Of a DNA stretch of 64,000 bases, positions 49,056-58,022 are shown piece by piece. Numbering within the stretch: the stretch's first letter is position 1; each line of letters begins with the position of its first letter. Made by a program: the position numbers and the translations under genes. Where the stretch lies: the NCBI GenBank assembly GCA_965249725.1, contig CBDFMQ010000002.1:1728001-1792000 (forward strand), given 5' to 3'. This DNA is from Longimicrobiales bacterium. GTDB taxonomy: Bacteria > Gemmatimonadota > Gemmatimonadetes > Longimicrobiales > Gaopeijiaceae. The notes beneath the pieces were generated by a model. That model made no database searches. It was not told the origin of the DNA and worked only from the letters and a program-made list of their open reading frames with translations.

Positions 49056-50657
49056 ATGGAAGACGCCGCGATGACTCACTCGGAACCCGCCCCTGTGCAA
49101 GCCCCAGGCCCCGCCAGAGCCGAGGACCTGCCCCGTGCGTACAACGCCGCCGACATCCTCGAGTACAACGTAGCCCGTCATCCTCAGAAAGAAGCTCTCC
49201 ACACGGCAGAGGGAGCTCTGAGTTTCGCCTCCGTCTCGGAGAGTACCAGCCAGGTCGCACATGCTCTGCGCGCGATGGACGTACGGATCGGCGACACCGT
49301 GGCGATTCTCTGTCTCGACACGGCCGAGTGGGTCGCCACGTTCTTCGGGACCCTGAAGTGCGGAGGCGTGGCCGCCGGAATGAGCACGTTGCTGACGCCC
49401 GACGAGATCGCCTTCATTCTCAACGACTGCCGAGCGCGGGTTCTCGTAGTGCACGCCGACTTGGTGACCGGTCTCGAACAGACCCGGCATGACTGTTCGT
49501 TCCTCGAGCACGTGATCGTGGTCGGAGGAAGCGCACCCGATGGCGATACGACATTCGACGAGTGGGTCGGCGGTCAGCCCACGTCGTTCGAGACTGCTCC
49601 CACACACCGAGACGACTACGCCACACTCAACTACTCCAGCGGCACGACGGGCAAACCCAAGGGCATTCTGCACGCCCACAAGGACCTGGTCCTAACCGCC
49701 GAGCTCTGGGGCTCCCGTACCCTCGGGCTGACCGAGTCCGACCGGACCTTCTCGCTCGCGAAGCTGTTCTTCACCTTCGGCCTGGGAGGCAACCTGCTCT
49801 TCCCTTGGCACGTGGGCGCGGCGGCGGTCCTGTACCCGGGGAGCCCCCGCCAGGCGACGAGGGTCCTCGAGGTCATCGATCGCTTCCATCCGACCGTTCT
49901 GTTCAACGCACCCACGGGGTACGCCTCGGCGCTAGCGGTCGAGGACTTCACCGAGCGCTATGACCTCTCTTCCCTGAGACTCTGTGTCTCGGCGGCGGAG
50001 GCGCTGCCCGCTCCGCTTTGGCAGGCCTGGAAGGATCGGACGGGCCTCGACACACTCGACGGCATCGGGTCCACCGAGAACTTCCACATCTTCCTGTCGA
50101 ATCGCCCCGGAGACATTCGCCCCGGTAGCAGTGGAAAGCCCGTCGAAGGGTACGAGATGCGCATTGTGGACGAGGAGGGCGCACCGGTACCGCGTGGAGA
50201 GGTCGGCAACCTGCACGTGAAGGGTGAGACGGCCGCCCATTCCTACCTGCACGACGCGGAACGGAGTCGAGAGAGCTTCCTGGGGGAATGGCTCAACACC
50301 GGTGACAAATACTACGAAGACGAGGACGGTTACTTCTGGCACGCGGGACGATCCGACGACATGCTCAAGGTCGGCGGCATCTGGGTCTCGCCTGTGGAGG
50401 TCGAGAGCACTCTGATCGGGCACGACACCGTCCTCGAGTGTGCGGTGGTGGGCGCAGCGGATGACGCCGGCCTCATCAAGCCCAAGGCCTTTGTGGTACC
50501 CGCCCCGGGCGTAGAGCCCTCCGACCAAGCGGCAGAGACTCTGGTCCAGCACTGCGTCGGCTCCATGTCGGCCTACAAGCGGCCTCGCTGGATCGAGTTC
50601 GTCGAGGAGCTGCCCAAGACCGCCACCGGGAAGATCCAACGGTTCAGGCTTCGTTGA
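49056..50657 (+). CDS. Benzoate-CoA ligase family acyl-CoA synthetase
   Basis: YSSGTTGKPKG, AKLFFTFGLGG, DGIGSTE, GRSDDMLKVGGIWVSP and LPKTATGKIQRFRLR. Confidence 0.88.
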   Translation: MEDAAMTHSEPAPVQAPGPARAEDLPRAYNAADILEYNVARHPQKEALHTAEGALSFASVSESTSQVAHALRAMDVRIGDTVAILCLDTAEWVATFFGTLKCGGVAAGMSTLLTPDEIAFILNDCRARVLVVHADLVTGLEQTRHDCSFLEHVIVVGGSAPDGDTTFDEWVGGQPTSFETAPTHRDDYATLNYSSGTTGKPKGILHAHKDLVLTAELWGSRTLGLTESDRTFSLAKLFFTFGLGGNLLFPWHVGAAAVLYPGSPRQATRVLEVIDRFHPTVLFNAPTGYASALAVEDFTERYDLSSLRLCVSAAEALPAPLWQAWKDRTGLDTLDGIGSTENFHIFLSNRPGDIRPGSSGKPVEGYEMRIVDEEGAPVPRGEVGNLHVKGETAAHSYLHDAERSRESFLGEWLNTGDKYYEDEDGYFWHAGRSDDMLKVGGIWVSPVEVESTLIGHDTVLECAVVGAADDAGLIKPKAFVVPAPGVEPSDQAAETLVQHCVGSMSAYKRPRWIEFVEELPKTATGKIQRFRLR

Positions 50658-50766
50658 GACGTCGGCCGTTACCTAATCTTTACGGCAGTCCGTTGCCGGG
50701 CGTGAGCACATCTCGCGAGCTTTCTGCATGAGAGTTCAATTCCAGATTCACGCCGGAGGAACCCCC

Positions 50767-51639
50767 GTGAAAGCGTCGCTGCTACTGCCTCTCTTGGTCC
50801 TGTCCCTCGCCTGTGGATCTGGTGAGGGCGGTCGCTCCTCGCGCACCGTCGTCCAGAACAAAGGCTCCGACACACTCGTCAACGTCGCCCAGGCCTGGGC
50901 CGAGGGGTACGCCGAGATCGCCCCTGATGTGGCCATCGCGGTGAGCGGTGGAGGATCCGGAACCGGGATCTCGTCCATGATCAACGGCACCGTGGACATC
51001 GCGAACTCGAGCCGAAAGATGCGGGAGAGCGAGCTCGAGGCGGCTCGGGCGCAGGGGATCGATCCGATTGAGTTCATCGTGGGATACGACGCTTTGGCGG
51101 TGTATCTCCATCCCGACAACCCCATCGACGAGATGCCGATCGAGCAGCTCGCGGCGGTCTATGGTGAGGGCGGAACGTTCGAGACGTGGGATCAGTTGGG
51201 TGTCACCGTGCCCGGGTGCCCCAGCGGGGAAATCGTACGGGTGAGCCGACAGAACAACTCGGGAACGTACGCCTACTTCCAAGAGACGGTCCTGGGTGAG
51301 AGCGAGTTCAGACTGGGGTCCCGTGACATGCACGGTTCGAAGGACGTGGTCGACCTTGTTGAGAATACGCCCTGTGCCATCGGCTACAGCGGGCTGGCTT
51401 ACGCCACGGATCACGTGAAGACGGCCTGCGTCTCGGCGGACGGACCCGACTGCGTGTCGCCCTCGGTGGCGGCGGCCATCGACGGTTCGTACCCTATCGC
51501 TCGCCCGCTCTTCATGTACACGGCAGGGCAGCCGGAAGGAGCCGTCGCGGAGTACATGGACTGGATTCTCTCGGACGTGGGTCAGTGCATTATTCGGGAC
51601 AAGGGTTACGCGCCCGCTACCACGGTGGCTTGCGGGTAG
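50767..51639 (+). CDS. pstS: Phosphate ABC transporter substrate-binding lipoprotein
   Basis: Lipobox SLAC; KGSDT, GGGSGTG, DIANSSR, RQNNSGT and YPIARPL. Confidence 0.92.
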   Translation: MKASLLLPLLVLSLACGSGEGGRSSRTVVQNKGSDTLVNVAQAWAEGYAEIAPDVAIAVSGGGSGTGISSMINGTVDIANSSRKMRESELEAARAQGIDPIEFIVGYDALAVYLHPDNPIDEMPIEQLAAVYGEGGTFETWDQLGVTVPGCPSGEIVRVSRQNNSGTYAYFQETVLGESEFRLGSRDMHGSKDVVDLVENTPCAIGYSGLAYATDHVKTACVSADGPDCVSPSVAAAIDGSYPIARPLFMYTAGQPEGAVAEYMDWILSDVGQCIIRDKGYAPATTVACG

Positions 51640-51675
51640 GACGCTCGACGTCGTCGGGCAATCGAAAGTGAGTCT

Positions 51676-52767
51676 ATGACGCACTACGAAGAGAGAATCG
51701 AGCACGATCTCGCCGAGATTCGTGTGGAGGTAGGGAAGGTCATTCGGCGAGTCGAGGATCAGGTGCGCGACTCGGTTCGCTCACTTCTCGACTTCGATAC
51801 GGACCTAGCGAACGAGGTCGTGCTCGGCGATCGGAGAGTGAATCGGCTCATCCGGCGGATCGATCGTTTGTGTCACGCATTCATCGTTCGTCACGCACCC
51901 AGTGCCGGGCACCTACGGTACGTGTCGGCAGTACTTCGGTTCGATATCGCCCTCGAGCGCGTCGGCGACTACGCCGGCACGATTGGGCGCGAAGTCGTAC
52001 AGCTGTCCGAGACCCCCCCGAGCCGGGTGGCGCGCGATATCGAACTCATCAGCCAACAGGCGCGGCGCGCCCTCGGCCAGTCGGTCGCGTCATTCCGGGA
52101 CGAGGACCCGGATCTGGCCAGGCACACGTACGGGTTGGCCGAACAGACCGACGCAACACTCGAGAACGTCTTCGCCGACCTGATCGCCGTGGGCGAGAAA
52201 CAGAAGATTCCTCTCCGGGACGTCTTCGGCCTTCTCCGCATCATCAACCTCTTGAAGAGAGTATCGGAACAGGCGGAGAACATCTGCGAGCAGACGATCT
52301 TCGCGTATACCGGAGAGACCGAGGACCCGAAGATCTTCCGGATTCTCTTCGTGGACGAACGCAACGACGCCCTCAGCCAGATGGCCGAGGGCTATGCCCG
52401 AAAGGCGTTCCCGAAGAGCGGGAGCTACGGCAGCGCGGGCTGGAATCCGGCCAACCAGCTGGACCCGGGCCTCGCAGAGTTTCTCGACCAGAACGGCGTT
52501 GATGTACGCGGGAAGAAGCCCAAGGCTCTGCGACCCATCCACGAGGAGGCCCGACACCACCACATCGTGGTCGCGCTCGATCCCAGGGCGAGGGAGCACA
52601 TCCCCAAGATCCCGTTCCGGACGCTGTACCTGGAATGGGACTTCGACCTAGACCTCGCGAGCCTCCCGGAGGATCTGACCGAGGAGCAGTTGGCACCTCT
52701 CTTCAAGGCCGTAGCCCATAGGGTCCGCAAGCTCATGCAGACTCTGAGTGGACCAGATGCCCGCTGA
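51676..52767 (+). CDS. phoU: PhoU fused to an ArsC/LMW-PTP-like domain
   Basis: PhoU repeats (LERVGDYA; LKRVSEQAENICE), then ILFVDERNDALSQMAEG...SAGWNPA. Confidence 0.85.
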   Translation: MTHYEERIEHDLAEIRVEVGKVIRRVEDQVRDSVRSLLDFDTDLANEVVLGDRRVNRLIRRIDRLCHAFIVRHAPSAGHLRYVSAVLRFDIALERVGDYAGTIGREVVQLSETPPSRVARDIELISQQARRALGQSVASFRDEDPDLARHTYGLAEQTDATLENVFADLIAVGEKQKIPLRDVFGLLRIINLLKRVSEQAENICEQTIFAYTGETEDPKIFRILFVDERNDALSQMAEGYARKAFPKSGSYGSAGWNPANQLDPGLAEFLDQNGVDVRGKKPKALRPIHEEARHHHIVVALDPRAREHIPKIPFRTLYLEWDFDLDLASLPEDLTEEQLAPLFKAVAHRVRKLMQTLSGPDAR

Positions 52768-53704
52768 GAGCGGCCTGATCGACGCCGTTCCACACACCAA
52801 CCCGCCGGACCTGGATCGGAGGGGGCGGGACTGGTACATAGACAAGGCCGTCTCGGTACTGGTCTTCATCGGCGGAATCTCGGCTATCGTCTTTATCCTC
52901 GGGATCTTCGTGTTCATCACCCGAGAAGGTCTCGGCTTCATGTTCGGGGCCATGGACGTGCGTGAGTTCCTCACGTCGCCGGCCTGGCGCCCGACGTCGC
53001 AGAATAATCCGACGTACGGCATCCTGGCCCTCATGGCCGGTACGGCGAGCGTGACAGGCTTGGCTATGGTGGTCTCCGTACCGTTCTCGCTGGGTGCGGC
53101 GATCTTCATCGGTGAGTTCGCCACCGGGCGACTGCGAGAGGCGCTCAAGGTGCTTGTCGAGCTGCTGGCGGCCATCCCCTCCGTAGTCTGGGGTTTCATC
53201 GGTCTCTCGATCATGAACCCCCTGATCATCGACATCTTCAACGTGCCGGTGGGACTCAGCGTTCTGAATTCGGGAATCATCCTCGGCCTCATGGCCGCGC
53301 CCATCATGACGACAATCGCCGAGGACGCGCTCAAGGCGGTACCCGACACCTACAGAGAGGCCGCCGAGGCCATGGGCGCGACCCGGTGGCAGGTCATCTT
53401 CAAGGTCGTGATCCCGGCCGCGAAGAACGGGCTGATGGCAGCGGTCCTACTAGGTGTAGGACGCGGCTTCGGAGAGACGATGGCCGTGCTCATGGCCAGC
53501 GGTCACTCGGTCAACATCCCTACCAGTCCCTTCGACTCGGTGCGGGCACTCACGGCTACGATCGCCGCGGAGCTCGGTGAAACCGCCGTGGGATCCGACC
53601 ACTTCCAGGCACTCTTTACGATCGGCATCCTGCTGTTCGCGATCACCTTCGTCATCAACCTCACGGCGGACCTCGTGGTGAAGGGGATAAGGACGGAGTC
53701 GTGA
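52757..53704 (+). CDS. pstC: Phosphate ABC transporter permease
   Basis: ELLAAIPSVVWG, REAAEAMGATRWQ and GRGFGETMAVLM; start uncertain (52748 or 52757). Confidence 0.93.
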   Translation: MPAESGLIDAVPHTNPPDLDRRGRDWYIDKAVSVLVFIGGISAIVFILGIFVFITREGLGFMFGAMDVREFLTSPAWRPTSQNNPTYGILALMAGTASVTGLAMVVSVPFSLGAAIFIGEFATGRLREALKVLVELLAAIPSVVWGFIGLSIMNPLIIDIFNVPVGLSVLNSGIILGLMAAPIMTTIAEDALKAVPDTYREAAEAMGATRWQVIFKVVIPAAKNGLMAAVLLGVGRGFGETMAVLMASGHSVNIPTSPFDSVRALTATIAAELGETAVGSDHFQALFTIGILLFAITFVINLTADLVVKGIRTES

Positions 53705-54576
53705 GCATCTTCGCATCGACGGCGCTCAACGAGCGTAACCGTAGGGTGGAGGGTCTCTTCCGCACGCTCTTCCTACTCATGACCATGCTGCTCGTCGTCC
53801 CGGTAGTCATGATCCTGTCTGTGCTGATCTGGAAGGGTGGGCCGTCGCTGTCGATGGAGTTCCTGTTCAGTGCACCGACCAACGGGATGACTGCCGGAGG
53901 GATCTTTCCGGCGCTCATCGGAACCGTCTGGTTGGTCGCCGTAGCTCTCCTGGCTTCGGTACCGGTCGGAGTGGCGGCAGCCATCTACCTGTCCGAGTAC
54001 GCGCCCGACAACTGGCTCACGCGCATCATCAACCTGGCCATCATCAACCTGGCCGGGGTGCCTTCAATCGTGCACGCCCTGTTCGGCGTGGGCGCCTTCG
54101 TGAGCTTCGCCCGGTTCGGCACCAGCATCCTCGCCGCGAGCCTCACCCTTGCGGTCATGACCCTACCGGTCGTCATCGTGGCTACTCGCGAGTCGCTCCA
54201 AGCGGTGCCCCACGCCTTCCGGGAGGCGTGCTGGAACATGGGTGCCACCAGGTGGCAGACGATCCGGAGGGTGGTCCTGCCCAATTCGATCAGCGGGATC
54301 CTGACAGGGATCATCCTGGAGGTCTCGCGGACTGCGGGAGAGACCGCACCCATCATGTTCACGGGCGCGGCCTTCTTCCTCCCCTTCCTGCCCCAGAGCG
54401 TCTTCGATCAGACCATGGCGATGTCCCTCCACTTGTTCGTCATCGCGACACAGGTGCCCGGGGTTCCGGAGGGGCTTCCCTACGGGGTGGCCCTGGTCCT
54501 GATCTCGATGGTGCTGATCATGAACGCCGCCTCCATCGGGTTCCGGGTCTACCTACGAGGTAAGAAGAAGTGGTAG
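53701..54576 (+). CDS. pstA: Phosphate ABC transporter permease
   Basis: NLAGVPSIVHALFG and SRTAGETAPIMFTG. Confidence 0.93.
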   Translation: MSIFASTALNERNRRVEGLFRTLFLLMTMLLVVPVVMILSVLIWKGGPSLSMEFLFSAPTNGMTAGGIFPALIGTVWLVAVALLASVPVGVAAAIYLSEYAPDNWLTRIINLAIINLAGVPSIVHALFGVGAFVSFARFGTSILAASLTLAVMTLPVVIVATRESLQAVPHAFREACWNMGATRWQTIRRVVLPNSISGILTGIILEVSRTAGETAPIMFTGAAFFLPFLPQSVFDQTMAMSLHLFVIATQVPGVPEGLPYGVALVLISMVLIMNAASIGFRVYLRGKKKW

Positions 54577-55334
54577 ACCCGACCGTGAAGGTGTCGGTCC
54601 AGGATCTCCGCGTGCAATACGGGGAGGCCGAGGTGCTCCATGGCATCGACCTGGAGGTGAAGGAACACGAGATCTTCGGGATCATCGGCCCTGCCAACGG
54701 AGGTAAGACGACCTTCCTGCGGACGCTCAACCGCATGGATCTCTTCGATCCTGATATGTCCGTTCACGGCCGCGTCGAGTTCAACGGGCGTGACGTCCGG
54801 GACATCCGGAACGTCTACGCGCTACGCCAGAGGATCGGGGTGGTATTCCCGTTGCCTGTGGGGCTTCCCCTTTCGATCTACGACAACGTGGCACTCGCAC
54901 CGAGGCTGGCCGGCATCAAGAAGCGGTCGGTGCTGGATGACATCGTCGAGCGCTGTCTGACGCGCGCCGCGCTCTGGGACGAAGTGAAGGACCGCCTCGA
55001 CGCCTTGGGAAGCCTCCTGTCCGGAGGGCAGCAGCAGCGCCTCACGATCGCCCGCGCCCTCTCACAGGACCCGGATCTGCTCCTTCTCGACGAGTTCTCC
55101 ATTGCCGTCGACCCTGTAACGACCATGTGCATCGAGGACGTTCTCAAGGAGCTCAAGAACGAGATCACGATAATCCTGGTCACGAACCTGGTGCAGCAGG
55201 CCCGGCGCCTGGCAGACCGCACCGCGTTCTTCCTGAATGGTGAGTTGGTCGAGATCGGGGTCACCGAGGACTTCTTCACGGGCCCCGTAGAGGATCAGCG
55301 GACTCGCGACTACGTGGAGGGTCGGTTTGGCTAG
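54570..55334 (+). CDS. pstB: Phosphate ABC transporter ATPase, copy 1 (degenerate Q- and H-loops)
   Basis: GPANGGKTT, LSGGQQQRL, LLLLDE and TRDYVEGRFG. Confidence 0.88.
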   Translation: MVDPTVKVSVQDLRVQYGEAEVLHGIDLEVKEHEIFGIIGPANGGKTTFLRTLNRMDLFDPDMSVHGRVEFNGRDVRDIRNVYALRQRIGVVFPLPVGLPLSIYDNVALAPRLAGIKKRSVLDDIVERCLTRAALWDEVKDRLDALGSLLSGGQQQRLTIARALSQDPDLLLLDEFSIAVDPVTTMCIEDVLKELKNEITIILVTNLVQQARRLADRTAFFLNGELVEIGVTEDFFTGPVEDQRTRDYVEGRFG

Positions 55335-56106
55335 ATCCGCATCCGTCGCGATCGAAACGCGTGACCTGAGCCTCTGGTATGGTACGTTTCAGGCCTTGTT
55401 CGATGTCGACCTGAAGGTCAAGCAGGGCATCATTACGTCACTGATCGGCCCGTCGGGGTGCGGCAAGACGACGCTGCTCCGTACGGTGAACCGGATCAAC
55501 TCGCGCATGGGCGACTACGTGCGCACGACAGGCTCCGTCGATGTGCTCGGCCACGACGTCTTCGATCACGACGTGGAGTTGGCTCAGCTGCGCAAGCAGG
55601 TGGGGATGGTCTTCCAGCGGCCCAACCCGCTGCCCCTCTCGGTGAGGGACAACGTCCTCTTCAGCCATCGCCTCCACCGCGGCAGCGAGCGTGTGTCCCG
55701 CGACGACGAGGACGCCATCGTTCAGGACGCGCTCGAACAGGTCCTGCTGTGGGATCACGTGAAGGACCGCCTGGACCGGAAGGCGACGTTCCTCTCGCTC
55801 GAGGAGCAGCAGAAGCTGTGCATCGCTCGCCTGCTACCGGTGAAGCCGTCCGTCCTGCTCATGGACGAGCCGACATCCGCCCTGGACCCCGAGGCCACCC
55901 AGACGCTGGAGGACCTCATCTGGGACCTGCGCGGGGACTACACCATTCTCATCGTGACGCACAACATGGCGCAGGCCCGGCGTGCCAGTGAAGAATGTGC
56001 GTTCATGCTCATGGGCAAGATGATCGAGCACGGCCCGACCGCCGAGCTCTTCCTCACGCCCGAAAAACAGGAGACCGCCGACTACATCGAAGGTCGGTAC
56101 GGCTGA
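55327..56106 (+). CDS. pstB: Phosphate ABC transporter ATPase, copy 2 (degenerate signature motif)
   Basis: GPSGCGKTT, GMVFQRPNP, LSLEEQQKL, MDEPTSALDP, VTHNMAQA and DYIEGRYG. Confidence 0.9.
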   Translation: MARSASVAIETRDLSLWYGTFQALFDVDLKVKQGIITSLIGPSGCGKTTLLRTVNRINSRMGDYVRTTGSVDVLGHDVFDHDVELAQLRKQVGMVFQRPNPLPLSVRDNVLFSHRLHRGSERVSRDDEDAIVQDALEQVLLWDHVKDRLDRKATFLSLEEQQKLCIARLLPVKPSVLLMDEPTSALDPEATQTLEDLIWDLRGDYTILIVTHNMAQARRASEECAFMLMGKMIEHGPTAELFLTPEKQETADYIEGRYG

Positions 56107-56164
56107 GTCGTACGCCCCGGATAGGCTTTTCTCTGCTCGAATCACCCAAGGAGAAGACGCGACC

Positions 56165-57406
56165 TTGATTACCATCACCCCCGTTTCACGCGCCTTGGTC
56201 CCGGTGGATTCAGAGGCTGCTGCTCGAATCAGCGCGCCCAACTACGACGAATTCCAAAGTGACCACGAAATCTGGGAGGTCCTCCAGACGCACCCGATGA
56301 GCCTTCTCCGGGTCACGATGGCACACTGCGATGCGGCTTCGCCGGCGGATATCGAGTCGGGGGACACGGCGACCTCGCTGGCCCGGGCCAAGACCAACAT
56401 GGAGGAGCTCGTTGAGAGCGATCTCACGCGCGAGGTCCGCGACGTGCTATGGGTCTACGAGATACTGGATCCGAGGCGACCGGACCGTCCCCAGACCGGC
56501 CTGGGCGGGATGGCACGTACCTCACAGATCCGTACGGACGCAACGCCCGAGGGGACGATCATCCGGAACGAAGGGATCCGCGAGCCCAAGGCCCTCGGTC
56601 GGGCCGACCTCATCGAAGCGACCAACGCCATCGTCGGAATCGTGAACAACGCGGTGGACGACGTCTCGGGTGCGTTTCACGCCGCACTCGACGCGTACGC
56701 GGCCGCGGCCGCACCCGACCTCGAGGTCACGGATGGGAAAGAGAACCGGCACCGGGTATGGATCGTGGACGACTCGGGCGATGTCGCGCGCTTTCGCCAA
56801 CTCCTGGCCGAGGAGCCGCACGCGTATGTAGCGGACGGCAACCATAGAAGTGCCGCGGCGGCCATGTTGGGTTACGACACCTTCCTTGCTGTCTTCTTCC
56901 CCGCCGCGACCATGGGCATCTACCCATACAACCGTCTCGTCACGACTGCAGAGGAGCCGATCTCCGGGCTATCGGCGGCGGTCGCGAAGAACTTCGAGAT
57001 CGGCGGGACCCTGGAAACCGCAGCCTATCAGCCCACCGAGACCCATAGCATCGGGCTCTACTCGCCCGAGCAGAGTTGGATGCAGTTGCGACCACTCCCC
57101 GGCACCTTCGATCCGGACAATGCCGTCCAGGCGATCGACGCCGACATCGTACAGCGGAAGCTGTTCGCCGAGGTCTTGGGGATCGACGACGCCAGTGACC
57201 CCCGGCTGACCTTCGTGGGAAGCAACAAGGACGCCACCTGGCTCCAGGCCGCCGTCGACGAGGGGCGAGCAGCCTACGCCGTCACGCTCCCAGCCGTCAC
57301 CATGAGCCAGTTCATCCATGTGTGCCGACAGAACCGACACATGCCGCCCAAGTCGACGTGGTTCGAGCCCAAGATCCGGAGCGGGCTCGTGATGGCGCTG
57401 CTCTAG
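56165..57406 (+). CDS. DUF1015 family protein
   Basis: APNYD, YVADGNHRSAAA, YPYNRLV and MPPKSTWFEPKIRSGL. Confidence 0.85.
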   Translation: MITITPVSRALVPVDSEAAARISAPNYDEFQSDHEIWEVLQTHPMSLLRVTMAHCDAASPADIESGDTATSLARAKTNMEELVESDLTREVRDVLWVYEILDPRRPDRPQTGLGGMARTSQIRTDATPEGTIIRNEGIREPKALGRADLIEATNAIVGIVNNAVDDVSGAFHAALDAYAAAAAPDLEVTDGKENRHRVWIVDDSGDVARFRQLLAEEPHAYVADGNHRSAAAAMLGYDTFLAVFFPAATMGIYPYNRLVTTAEEPISGLSAAVAKNFEIGGTLETAAYQPTETHSIGLYSPEQSWMQLRPLPGTFDPDNAVQAIDADIVQRKLFAEVLGIDDASDPRLTFVGSNKDATWLQAAVDEGRAAYAVTLPAVTMSQFIHVCRQNRHMPPKSTWFEPKIRSGLVMALL

Positions 57407-57448
57407 GCCGACCTCCGTCCAACCCCCCGGCCGGCCTCGGCTTGGAGC

Positions 57449-57931
57449 CTACCCCACCGTCGCCCAGCACTCGATCTCGACCGCTGCGCCCAAGGCTAGC
57501 CCGTCCGCGCCGAAGGCTGAACGCGACGGCTTGGGCCCCGGGAAGAACTCGGCGTACACCTCGTTCATCGCCGGCCACTCGGCCATGTCGTCGATCATGA
57601 TGGTGCACTTCACGACGCGATCCATCGAGGACCCGTATCGCTCCAGGACGTCCTTGATGTTCTCGAGCGTCTGGCGTGTCTCGGCCTGGATGCCCCCCCG
57701 TACCTTCTCGGTGGTTCCGGGAATGCTGCCGATCTGCCCCGAAAGGTAGAGCATGGAGCCCACCCTCACGGCCTCTGAGAACGGGAAGCCCATGGCCGCG
57801 TACTCGGGTGTCGTCAAATGTTCGACATCGGGCCCGGCCTGTGTCGCGGCCGACGCATCGGGCGTGGGTGGCTCACAAGCGAGCAGTCCCAGCGTGGCGG
57901 CAACGGCCAACAGAGGCGTCGATTTCACCAT
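57449..57931 (-). CDS. RidA/YjgF family protein with lipoprotein signal
   Basis: Lipobox LLAC; PFSEAV, LYLSGQIG, MNEVYAEFF, PSRSAF and VEIEC. Confidence 0.88.
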   Translation of the reverse strand: MVKSTPLLAVAATLGLLACEPPTPDASAATQAGPDVEHLTTPEYAAMGFPFSEAVRVGSMLYLSGQIGSIPGTTEKVRGGIQAETRQTLENIKDVLERYGSSMDRVVKCTIMIDDMAEWPAMNEVYAEFFPGPKPSRSAFGADGLALGAAVEIECWATVG

Positions 57932-58022
57932 TGGTCTTCTCCTGGTCGAAAGGGGCCCATCGCTGAGCTGAGCGTCGGCGGGCCATTGCGTACGGATTGT
58001 CAGCGCCCAATGTATCAGCACT

